From a virus: 64,000 bases of DNA. Where the stretch lies: positions 8,510-72,509 of IMG/VR virus record IMGVR_UViG_3300005347_000205; one strand, given 5' to 3'. Numbering within the stretch: position 1 is the first letter of the stretch; each line of letters starts with the position of its first letter. The position numbers and the translations under genes are program-made. Of this stretch, positions 55,728-64,000 are shown piece by piece. Under the pieces are notes generated by a model. It saw only the letters and a list, made by a program, of their open reading frames with translations. It was not told the DNA's origin and made no database searches.

Positions 55728-58649
55728 TCACCGCTCGTAAGCTCCTGCCGCACCCGATCCGTTATTGAGACGCGTCGCGCCGCCCAGGTCATATTTCAAC
55801 ATCGCCAAGCCCGAAGGAACGCGATCATAAGCACCGTTGCTGCCGCCGCTCAGATGGTAATCACCTCCACCAACACCCGTGCCCACCATCAGGCACTTGT
55901 CGTCGACGTAGGTTACTGTGGCGTAACCAGTCGCACCGTTGCCGACATACCAGTTCGTTGGTACGTACATGCCAGACCATTTGCTGTTATTGACACCGCC
56001 GGTAGTGCCCGCGCTGGGATCGACGCCGGATTGCAACACAGTGCCGCCCTCGGTTGCTGCCCCACACAGGTTGACGGTCCCGAGTGAGCCAACCTTGTAG
56101 GCCCATTCGAAATTGCCGACGCACCCGCTGTCCTGTATGAAAGTGTCTTCCTTGGTCGGCATAGAGTAGAGTAGTTCGAACCTAGATACAGCTCGCTTCT
56201 GATAGCCTGCGGCCCCGACGACATCATTATACAACCTGTTTCCGCGATTGCCGAGAACGGTATTATAGGCAAACAGGCCATCTCCGACACGATTGATCTT
56301 CGAGTCGCTCGACATGCTGAACGTGATTGTCAGTGATGCGTTGGATAGAAGTTCAATCATATTCTGAACTACAGCCATGCCGCGCGCGTAATTTGTGCCA
56401 GTAGTGCTCATCATAAAGCCGGTACTGTACGCCGAAGTCGTGGCCTTAAAGATACTGTTGTTTGCGTAGATCTTACCATCGGCAGAATAGGTTGCAGTCA
56501 ATGTGCCACCCGGATCGCCACCGAGTTGACAGGACGTGACAACATTACCGATCGTGCAGAATTGCTGATCGAAAAGAATCCCCCCGACAGCGGTGTTACC
56601 GAACATTAGAACGAACGCTTGGTTGCTGTTGGCGTTGGTAACGGTTTTCCCATGCGAGCCCGGCGAAAGCCAGTTGACGTTGCGACTCCAGATATAAGTC
56701 GCGCGCAAATAATTGGCTCCGGACGCAGAGCCCGCGACACTCATATCCATCACGCATCCGTCGATGCTGAGATTGATTGTCGTCGAACCGCCCAGCGCTG
56801 AACCACCGCTTCCGGTCAAGGTGTAGGAGGTGTTGTAGACGGTGATACCTGCGCCGATAGCCGTCATATCGGGGACAGTGGATGGGCCGAATGTGTAGTT
56901 GGTCTGAAGCTGCACCGCCGCTGTATTCAGAGGATCGGCCTCGGTCGTGGTCCAGCAAAGCCCTGCTGTGGTAGAGATCGCACCGAAGTTGTGCGTCACC
57001 GGCCCACCAGCACCGTCGTCCATCAAACGAATGGTCGAACCGCTGTGATCGTTATGGCCGCGATTGGCATTATTCCAAACTTTCAAGGCAGCATAAGCAG
57101 ATGCCCAGTCCGGGTAAGGAGCCGCGCGCGCCGTCGCCGCCGTAGCGCTGACTGTGCCGCCGCTAGCTCCAGCCTTAACATAAGCATAAGCACCGCCATA
57201 GGTTCCGTTCTTATCATTGACAAATTCAAGGCTCACCCAGGTGTCATAACTCGGGACCGCCGCGCCGCTGACCTCGGTGTCGAGAATCGCGGTGCTGTCG
57301 CCGATCCACGGATAGACTTTCGCGTGGACCTTTGAGCGTGTCGTCGTGGTCTGTGTGAGCGCGGTAAGCGGGATGCTCGCTTGCCAGCTTTCAACGATGT
57401 TGCCGCGCGTCTGGATCGTGGAGAGGGCGGGGGCCGAAGTGCGCTGCACCGCCGCCGAATTGCCCGACGCATCCTTGCCGGTGAACTCGACGCAGGCGAC
57501 CATCTGCCCGTTCATGCCGTGCCGATGATAGGCGACACACTCGACATGGAAGCTGCTGGTCGACTCCCGCTCAAACTGGCGGTTGAGCCAGGCGAAATAG
57601 GGCTTCGGATAGGCCAGCGTCGAGCTGTTCGTGACCGATGCACCTGTCAGTACCAGCGCGTTCGAGCCCGGATAAGCGGTTGCGTCGAAAGTCACCGAGT
57701 TGATCGTCGTACCTTGGTAGATCACATCCTCAAGGCAGATGATGAGCTGGAGATCTGAGCCGACAGTAGCGATCTGGCGCGCCTGATTGTTCGAATAGGC
57801 TTTGCGCAGCGTGATCGAGCCCTTGACAGTGCGGTTGACCGTCGTCGTCGTGCCAGAGGTCGTATAGCCCGGATCGGTGACGCTCAGCGTCACCTTCTGC
57901 CCGTCGAATATATCGACATTCGCGTTCGGGCTCAGGCCCTTGAAGACGACGGTCGCGGTCCAGCCATTGCCGAACACTCCGTAACCACTGCCATTGGGAT
58001 CGATGACCGAAGCGCCTGAGACGGCGAAGGAGAGCGGATCGCCTGTTACTGGTGTGTAGCCGCCGCCTGAGGCCGGGGTTCCACTCGCCTCCCCGCTCGC
58101 CGCGCCCGTGCCGATCGCATTCGTCGCGCTGATCCGATAGGTGTAGCTCGTGCCGTTGGTCAGCCCCGTGTCGACGAACGGCGATCCACCCGTATAGGTC
58201 GCGGCGATCGTCGAATAGGAGCCGGCGCCTGCCTTCCGTTCGATCTTGTACGAGGTGATTGCCGAACCACCATTGCTCGCCGGTGCGGTGTAGGCCACCG
58301 AGTTCGTGGTGTCGCCGGGCGTCACCGTCCCAATCGTCGGCGCATCAGGCACCGTCAGCACCGCCTGACCAGTAAGCGTGAAGCTCTTTTCGACGGCATC
58401 ACCGGCGGTGTTCTGAGCACGCGCCACAAACGTCGCCGTCGCACCATCGGCAAGGCCGGATGACAGCGATACAGTGCCGTCAGAAGCAACGGATACCGAA
58501 GCTGCACCGGACAATTTCGAGTAGGATACCGTGCCGAGCAGGCGCGCCTTTAGCGCCGCAACGGCTCCCGTTGAACCCGGCGTGACCTTGGACGGAGAGA
58601 TCCTGAACGACGTTCCGCCAGCTACACTGGCTCCAAGCGTCCCGAACAT
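55728..58649 (-). CDS. Large FN3-domain / beta-helix surface or virion-fibre protein
   Basis: FN3 VPDAPT..PASNGGSAITSYKI..GLTNGTSYTYRISATNAIGTG; C-terminal DYHL..DLGGATR..AGAYE; ATG 58649. Confidence 0.8.
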   Translation of the reverse strand: MFGTLGASVAGGTSFRISPSKVTPGSTGAVAALKARLLGTVSYSKLSGAASVSVASDGTVSLSSGLADGATATFVARAQNTAGDAVEKSFTLTGQAVLTVPDAPTIGTVTPGDTTNSVAYTAPASNGGSAITSYKIERKAGAGSYSTIAATYTGGSPFVDTGLTNGTSYTYRISATNAIGTGAASGEASGTPASGGGYTPVTGDPLSFAVSGASVIDPNGSGYGVFGNGWTATVVFKGLSPNANVDIFDGQKVTLSVTDPGYTTSGTTTTVNRTVKGSITLRKAYSNNQARQIATVGSDLQLIICLEDVIYQGTTINSVTFDATAYPGSNALVLTGASVTNSSTLAYPKPYFAWLNRQFERESTSSFHVECVAYHRHGMNGQMVACVEFTGKDASGNSAAVQRTSAPALSTIQTRGNIVESWQASIPLTALTQTTTTRSKVHAKVYPWIGDSTAILDTEVSGAAVPSYDTWVSLEFVNDKNGTYGGAYAYVKAGASGGTVSATAATARAAPYPDWASAYAALKVWNNANRGHNDHSGSTIRLMDDGAGGPVTHNFGAISTTAGLCWTTTEADPLNTAAVQLQTNYTFGPSTVPDMTAIGAGITVYNTSYTLTGSGGSALGGSTTINLSIDGCVMDMSVAGSASGANYLRATYIWSRNVNWLSPGSHGKTVTNANSNQAFVLMFGNTAVGGILFDQQFCTIGNVVTSCQLGGDPGGTLTATYSADGKIYANNSIFKATTSAYSTGFMMSTTGTNYARGMAVVQNMIELLSNASLTITFSMSSDSKINRVGDGLFAYNTVLGNRGNRLYNDVVGAAGYQKRAVSRFELLYSMPTKEDTFIQDSGCVGNFEWAYKVGSLGTVNLCGAATEGGTVLQSGVDPSAGTTGGVNNSKWSGMYVPTNWYVGNGATGYATVTYVDDKCLMVGTGVGGGDYHLSGGSNGAYDRVPSGLAMLKYDLGGATRLNNGSGAAGAYER

Positions 58650-58903
58650 CAGGCCGCAGCCGCCGTAAACGTGCGACCTGGGGTACAGCCTCTGAATTCG
58701 GTTCCGTCGAAATATTCGACTTTGCCGTTTTGCCAAGTGATGTTGTACGCGCCGCCTTGGGGGTTAAGCCGCATGAGCACGGCGCCATCTGGCACTGTAA
58801 TCGACGATGTACTCTGCACGTCGAAAGGCTCGCCCGCCGGTACCTGAGCGTATGTTCCGCTGATACTTTGGATCGCTTTGAAAAAGGAAACAGCAAGGGC
58901 CAT
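58649..58903 (-). CDS. Small hypothetical protein
   Basis: GGAG RBS; TGATG coupling to the FN3 gene. Confidence 0.65.
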   Translation of the reverse strand: MALAVSFFKAIQSISGTYAQVPAGEPFDVQSTSSITVPDGAVLMRLNPQGGAYNITWQNGKVEYFDGTEFRGCTPGRTFTAAAA

Positions 58904-58980
58904 GGGGGGTGCGCTCCACGCGAGACGGTTGAGCGCAGACTTACCACGACGCCAGTGAATTTACAACTGCGTGTTGAACT

Positions 58981-61182
58981 TCAACCTAGAACTCCGCCGA
59001 GATCTGCCAAGGTGATCGACGGCTTTGCGGCGACGGACAGACCCTCGCCGGGTATGAAGACATGATCATTATGATCCCAATCGGCATACCATGGCTGAGG
59101 CGTCGTCCAGGTCAATCGATCGATCTTGATGCTCGAATGGGAAAGGAAAGCGACGCAGTAGCACAGCAGATCGAACGCCTCATTCTTGCGGCGTCCCGCG
59201 TTCTTCCATCCCGCGGCGATGCGGTTCTCGGCAGTGAGCTGCGTATAGAGCCAGTTTATGTCTTCGGGCCGGCCGTCCTCGTGATGCCAGATGGGAAAAT
59301 GGATCTGACCTCCTGGCTCCGATCGGCCGAGCAGATTCGAAACCTGATCCTTGGCGGGATTCGAGTTGATGAGCCACACCGGCACATCGCCGCGGGCGAT
59401 CGCGAATTTGTCCTTTTGTTGCGAATCCGGATAGCTGACGTGCAGCATGGGCGCCGTCTGGCTGGGCGCACCTTTCAGGAGGTGGAAGCGCTGATGGTAA
59501 TTCCTGCCTTCGGGGTCGCTCAATCGCAGATAGCGCCAGAACTCATAGGCGTTGGATGTTACCGATACGCGGGGTCCTTCGAGCGCCGGGTTCAAGCGCA
59601 CCGCGGTCGCACTGGCGCTGGCACCACCCGAGTCACAGGCTACGAGCTTAGCACGCATTACCCGGCCTGAACCGTCGCCGAGCGGGTATTCGCGCTCGAT
59701 CACCTCGTCGATCAATATGTGCCAGTCTTCGGGGTTTGCGGCAGGATCTATGAGCTTACGCTCGCCATCCTGGTCGAGGCGGCGCGACTTGGTGATCTTC
59801 CACATGTCGACGTGATAGACATCGAACGACCATGCTCCACCCTCCATCTGCACGGGCGCGATACCGAAGGTGTGGATGACGAAGGCCGGTCTGCCGCCAG
59901 CCTGCACGTCGATGGTGGTGATCAGGAACCGTACGCCGGGCGGCACTTCGCCGCGGACGTTGTACGGCCGAGCGCGCGCCTTGAGCTCTTCGGGCAGGCG
60001 CCCTGCTTCCAGCGACTTGGGTGTGTAAGGGAGGCCGAGCGAGGTATTGGTGACGGCCTTCAGCTTTTCTTCGCTCCCGGTCCGCTCATAGTCTGCCTTG
60101 GCATTCAGATAGGCAAGCACCTGGCGCTGCCACGTATTGAATGCCGCAGCGGGTCCCTTGATCCAGAATGATGCCGTCTCCGAGCGGCGCGGTGTTCCCG
60201 TGATCGAGCCGTCCGGATGCCAAATCTCACCTTCCTTGATCCACCGGCCACGCAGGTTGAGTTCGTGCTGCATGTCTGGTGTGTGCGGGTAGCCGCACGA
60301 TGGACATGACAAGGTGACGGCGTCCGCCACCTCCTGCGGATCATGGGAGTCCTTAAGATCGAACAGATGGAAGTCTGGTTCGAATTTGTGCGAGCACTGC
60401 AGGCATGGCCAGTACCAGCGCCGGCGGTCGCCAGTGTTGTAGATCGACAGCACACCCTCGCACGGGGGCGCCTCGTGCGGAGAACTCGGAATCCATTTAG
60501 CGTCGGTTACTTCGAAACCTGGCGAGGATTCGGCGACGTTCATCGCATAGCGCCCGAGGGTCTCGCCGCGCTTGCCGACGAGCGTCCAGGCATCACCCTC
60601 GCCATCGATGCTGGTTGGTAAGCGGTCATAGTCCATCGTCCAGGTTCGACCGACCGTTTTGCCCGATAATTCGTTGATTGATGGATGGACGATGGTGACC
60701 CGCATCCCGCTGATAAAGGTCTTGTCGAAGACATTGTCGTTGACCCGACCTGGCACGAGTTTGGCCGCAACATCGGTAGAGTTACGGAAGTGCTTGCGCA
60801 GATCCGCCAGTGAGAATTCGCGGGCTCGCGCCTGCGACATCTGAACCAGCATCATGTCAGCGGGGTCGCATAACGCCGAGTGTGACATCCAGTTGAGCCA
60901 GAGCTGCGATTTGCCGATCCGAGCTGGACCGACCAGTACCATGCCCAGATAATCTAGGCTGGTGAGCACGTCCTGTGGCTCGACGGCGTAGGGTGCCTTG
61001 TCGCTCGACCAAGGGCCACTATAGTTCTTCTCCTTGATCCTGACATATTTGCGGGCGGCCTCTGTGACCGTCAGACGCTCGGGCGGACTAATCGCCTCGG
61101 TAGCGGCAGCAACAAGCTCTTCGAGAGTGGCGTATGACGGCGCCCGGTCGCGGACCAGGAGGCGCTTGGCTGGCGCGCTCAA
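58981..61182 (-). CDS. Terminase large subunit (GpA family)
   Basis: GPARIGKS, ESSP, GDRRRWYWPC..C, TIDVQ, DSGG, NEAFDLLCY. Confidence 0.95.
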   Translation of the reverse strand: MSAPAKRLLVRDRAPSYATLEELVAAATEAISPPERLTVTEAARKYVRIKEKNYSGPWSSDKAPYAVEPQDVLTSLDYLGMVLVGPARIGKSQLWLNWMSHSALCDPADMMLVQMSQARAREFSLADLRKHFRNSTDVAAKLVPGRVNDNVFDKTFISGMRVTIVHPSINELSGKTVGRTWTMDYDRLPTSIDGEGDAWTLVGKRGETLGRYAMNVAESSPGFEVTDAKWIPSSPHEAPPCEGVLSIYNTGDRRRWYWPCLQCSHKFEPDFHLFDLKDSHDPQEVADAVTLSCPSCGYPHTPDMQHELNLRGRWIKEGEIWHPDGSITGTPRRSETASFWIKGPAAAFNTWQRQVLAYLNAKADYERTGSEEKLKAVTNTSLGLPYTPKSLEAGRLPEELKARARPYNVRGEVPPGVRFLITTIDVQAGGRPAFVIHTFGIAPVQMEGGAWSFDVYHVDMWKITKSRRLDQDGERKLIDPAANPEDWHILIDEVIEREYPLGDGSGRVMRAKLVACDSGGASASATAVRLNPALEGPRVSVTSNAYEFWRYLRLSDPEGRNYHQRFHLLKGAPSQTAPMLHVSYPDSQQKDKFAIARGDVPVWLINSNPAKDQVSNLLGRSEPGGQIHFPIWHHEDGRPEDINWLYTQLTAENRIAAGWKNAGRRKNEAFDLLCYCVAFLSHSSIKIDRLTWTTPQPWYADWDHNDHVFIPGEGLSVAAKPSITLADLGGVLG

Positions 61183-61406
61183 CGATAGACTTCCTTGATC
61201 TGGCGATACACCCGCGGCGGCACATAAACCCGCGTAGGTTTGAGGATCTCAAGCCGAAAACGGGGCGGCCACGGGCCGGAAGCGACAATGTGGCTACCGC
61301 GCAGGGCCAGGAAATGTCCCTTGGGCAGGAAAGCCGGCACCGCACCAATGCGGAGTCTGCCCCCGCGAAGCAGGCCGGCCGACACGAAGTCTACCATGTC
61401 GCTCAC
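61179..61406 (-). CDS. Hypothetical protein
   Basis: Overlaps both terminase genes by 4 nt. Confidence 0.5.
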   Translation of the reverse strand: MSDMVDFVSAGLLRGGRLRIGAVPAFLPKGHFLALRGSHIVASGPWPPRFRLEILKPTRVYVPPRVYRQIKEVYR

Positions 61407-62185
61407 TCATCGTCCTCGTCATCGAGCCAACCCGTTTCCGGGACATCGGGCTGCCCGTCGATCGAACCGGACACTCCGAACAGCGGCTTCGCGAACATCG
61501 ATCCGGTTGCGCGCCTGGCCGGAAGATCGACGAGTTGCGCACGCATCTCGGTACGGATTTCGTCTATGGTTTCGGTGACTATCCGGGTTTGATGCTCGTC
61601 CAGTTTCGCGCGGTTGCGCAGTTCCTCGACGACCATGACCAAGCTGTCCTTGATCATCATGGCAACGTCGCCGAGGACTTTCAGCACGTCCTCGGTCTCC
61701 CATGCCTCCTGGGCCTCGATCTTATACTTCACGCGGCTGCGCTGGCTGTCCCAGAAGGATTTATTGATCTCGGGAGGTAGGTCGGCCTTGTTCAGCGTCT
61801 TCGCGAACTGGTCAGCTGTCATCTTCGGCTTGATCAGGTATGGTAGCGCGTCGTGGAAATAGTAGACGTGGCGTCCCGAGCCAACTGTTCCGACGGGCTT
61901 GAGCGCACGCAGTCTGGCCTTCACCGTCATTGGGTCCATGCGCAGAACACGCGCGAGGAAATTCACGCTGACCGGTAGAAAGAACTCGTCTTCGTTGACC
62001 TTGGTGTGCCCCGAACCTGCAAGCCGGATTTCATTCTGGTGATTTAGATCATCGGCACGCTCTGTGGCGCGGCGCGCTCGCTCCTCCCGACTGGGGCGGC
62101 CTAGCTTCTTGCCCGACGCCGTATACCCCCGCGGCGGGCTGCTGTCGGCGGTACTTCCAAGCATCGCCTCAAAGTCATCTGTCAT
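61403..62185 (-). CDS. Terminase small subunit (DUF1441-like)
   Basis: HTH LARVLRMD..TVK.RL; LPPEINKSFWDSQRSR..E...W.T.DV as in Chi-like terS. Confidence 0.8.
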   Translation of the reverse strand: MTDDFEAMLGSTADSSPPRGYTASGKKLGRPSREERARRATERADDLNHQNEIRLAGSGHTKVNEDEFFLPVSVNFLARVLRMDPMTVKARLRALKPVGTVGSGRHVYYFHDALPYLIKPKMTADQFAKTLNKADLPPEINKSFWDSQRSRVKYKIEAQEAWETEDVLKVLGDVAMMIKDSLVMVVEELRNRAKLDEHQTRIVTETIDEIRTEMRAQLVDLPARRATGSMFAKPLFGVSGSIDGQPDVPETGWLDDEDDE

Positions 62186-62210
62186 AAGTCCTCACGAAAT
62201 CGCAGAATAC

Positions 62211-62225
62211 TCACTATTTGGTTGA
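62211..62225. promoter_or_regulatory. Palindromic operator at late-operon start
   Basis: TCACT-ATTTG-GTTGA. Confidence 0.7.
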
Positions 62226-62336
62226 TATTCAACCTTGGATTGGTATGGGTTAGGTGTCTGCGATCGAATGCAGAATGGCAATCCAACCTGGAGATCAGCG
62301 ATGGTCAACTAATCCAACAAAACCAAGTGAATAGGT

Positions 62337-62372
62337 AAACCCAGGATCGTGGATATGCGATCCTGGGTTTTT
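62337..62372 (+). terminator. Rho-independent terminator (possibly bidirectional)
   Basis: AAACCCAGGATCG-tggatatg-CGATCCTGGGTTTTT. Confidence 0.8.
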
Positions 62373-62507
62373 GTTGACCGAGTTTGGCGTTGACCAATGC
62401 CGGTAACGACCTAAATACGACAGAACGGGCGCCCTATTCCCGTACCTCATGGTCCCCCGGTGTCAGGAGATTTCTCCGTGAATAGGTAGCATCGGGGGGC
62501 CACCAGG

Positions 62508-62732
62508 TCAGCCGAGTGCGCCCATGAAATCGTCGGCTATCGCGTTGAATTCTCGGCAACGCCGTTGCCACTCCTGTATTTTGTCGGATGGCCAATAGGT
62601 TCCGCTGCCGTCCGGGTACCGCTCCGGAGCCGGAAACTCCCCATCGGAGATCTTCCGGTAGATATGAGACTTGCTCCAGCCGGTAACGGCCTCGACCTTC
62701 TTGAGCCGCCAGAATTCTATATAATCCGACAC
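62508..62732 (-). CDS. AlpA-family excisionase/regulator
   Basis: RLKKVEAVTGWSKSHIYRKISDGEFPAP...W....EW; GTG 62732. Confidence 0.88.
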   Translation of the reverse strand: MSDYIEFWRLKKVEAVTGWSKSHIYRKISDGEFPAPERYPDGSGTYWPSDKIQEWQRRCREFNAIADDFMGALG

Positions 62733-62767
62733 TGCTGATCCCCACAGGCACCGATAGGGAACAACTA

Positions 62768-62782
62768 TCACCAAAAAGTTGA
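62768..62782. promoter_or_regulatory. Palindromic operator between int and alpA
   Basis: TCACC-AAAAA-GTTGA. Confidence 0.65.
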
Positions 62783-62785
62783 AAG

Positions 62786-64000
62786 TCAACCTAGCATGTC
62801 GAGGAAGGGATCGTCTGGCCATACGAGGTCGGCCCACCACTGCATCATTCGACGGCGCTCCGGGAGATATTCGGCAGCGTTGTATGAGCCGCGAACTTCG
62901 TTCTCCTCGACATGGGCAAGCTGGCGCTCGATGGCGTCCGGATGCCATAGTCGGCGTCCATCGTCGTAAGCCTCATTGGCAGCTGTGCTGAACGTCGAGC
63001 GGAAACCATGCACGGTGGCACGCGAGCGATAACCGAGCCGGTACAGTGCGAAGAGCATCGTGTTCTCGGACAGCACGCCGGCGACCGCCTCGCCGGGAAG
63101 GATGAGATCACCCTTGGCACGGTCGATCAATCTGATCACGAGATTCTGTGCCTGCCTGGAAAGCGGCACGAGGTGTTCGGCGGGCCGGTTCTTGATCTTC
63201 ATCCGAGCAGGGGGAATCCGCCAAAGTGCATCGGGGCCACCCAAACCCTCGAATTCTCGTTTTGTGGCGAACCTGATCTCCATGCTGCGCAGCACCGTCA
63301 GCACCGTCAGCTCCAGGGCATCCTTGGTCGACGCATCCAAGCTCTGATCAGCGGTCAACCTTCGGCGGAACTCCCCCATCTCGCTCAATTTGAGAAACGC
63401 CCGCCGCTTCTTTCGCTTGGGTGGTTTCAACGCGTCTCGAATATCAGCCGTTGGATCACGCTCAACCCAGCCCTCTGGGATCGCAAAACGGAAAATCTCA
63501 CCGCAATAGTTCTTGATACGTTTCGCGAGTTCGATCGCGCCGCGATCCTCGATCTTCCTGATCGTATCAAGAACCATCTTCGGGGTAATCGTATCGATCG
63601 CGAGCCTGCCCAACTCTGGATAGACATCACCCTCTATCCGGTTGCTGATGCGAACCGCGTGCGCTGGTGACCACCCATTGCTACGGGCAGCGAACCATAA
63701 TTTACCGACCTCTTCGAACGACGGTGACGTGGTTTCGCTGATCGGCTTGTCGCGCGCCCCAGGATCTCCGCCAAGGGTGAGTTGCTCCTTGGCCGCGTCA
63801 CGGCGCTTCCGTGCAACACTCAGTGTCACATCCGGGTAGGCGCCGAAGCTCAGGGTCTTGCGCTTTTTCCGAAAGCTGTAGTCGAACCGCCAGAGAATAG
63901 ACCCGCTGGGCTTAACCAGGACGTAGAGACCTTCCGAATCAGCCCGCTTGTAGGGCTTGCTCATCGGCTTCAGTTTTTTGAGCGCCACTTCAGTGAGCAT
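62786..64000 (-). CDS. int: P4-type tyrosine integrase
   Basis: Arm-binding D..GLY..V..SGS..W; R..E, HGFRST, IERQLAH, YNAAEYL.ERR.MMQWWAD. Confidence 0.96.
   Translation of the reverse strand: MLTEVALKKLKPMSKPYKRADSEGLYVLVKPSGSILWRFDYSFRKKRKTLSFGAYPDVTLSVARKRRDAAKEQLTLGGDPGARDKPISETTSPSFEEVGKLWFAARSNGWSPAHAVRISNRIEGDVYPELGRLAIDTITPKMVLDTIRKIEDRGAIELAKRIKNYCGEIFRFAIPEGWVERDPTADIRDALKPPKRKKRRAFLKLSEMGEFRRRLTADQSLDASTKDALELTVLTVLRSMEIRFATKREFEGLGGPDALWRIPPARMKIKNRPAEHLVPLSRQAQNLVIRLIDRAKGDLILPGEAVAGVLSENTMLFALYRLGYRSRATVHGFRSTFSTAANEAYDDGRRLWHPDAIERQLAHVEENEVRGSYNAAEYLPERRRMMQWWADLVWPDDPFLDMLG

Larger units (their letters stand above)
1..64000. mobile_element. Temperate siphovirus prophage (lambda/Chi-like head-tail module), incomplete in window
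   Basis: Integrase, excisionase, terminase, portal, capsid, tail, lysis and replication genes are contiguous; no host housekeeping genes seen. Confidence 0.95.

Noticed and set aside
62786-64000. attL/attR site
   Set aside because: The integrase starts at the window edge; no duplicated core or host tRNA gene is visible, so att is probably outside the window.

Overview
The whole window is one large temperate siphovirus (prophage) of a high-GC alphaproteobacterium; GapR, an EcfG-like sigma factor and a DUF2793/BR0599 tail point to a sphingomonad/caulobacter-type host (inference). No host genes or att site are visible: the element runs off the left edge and the P4-type integrase starts at base 64000. 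Left to right: (i) minus-strand replication/regulation operon (DUF2786, SSB, DUF2800 nuclease, orphan wHTH, ECF sigma factor, ParB-like); (ii) primase-polymerase/VirE helicase and HNH, followed by an iteron-rich putative origin; (iii) early anti-defence genes (ArdA and small ORFs); (iv) nucleotide-metabolism block (SLOG, two MazG-like, deoxyribosyltransferase, ThyX, exonuclease, dNMP kinase, class II RNR, GapR, MT-A70 methylase); (v) minus-strand late operon with lambda/Chi-like head, tail and lysis genes and a moron (FN3/beta-helix protein plus acyltransferase) between terminase and portal; (vi) AlpA-like excisionase and integrase. Two genome-wide patterns stand out. First, a shared peptide tag: an acidic D-[D/P]-F-x-x-[M/L/A]-L-G motif on about 8 unrelated proteins, with 13 CDSs ending in Leu-Gly. 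Second, a 15-bp palindromic operator TCA(A/C)(C/T)-N5-(A/G)(G/T)TGA at 14 intergenic sites. All family assignments come from motif recognition, not database searches.
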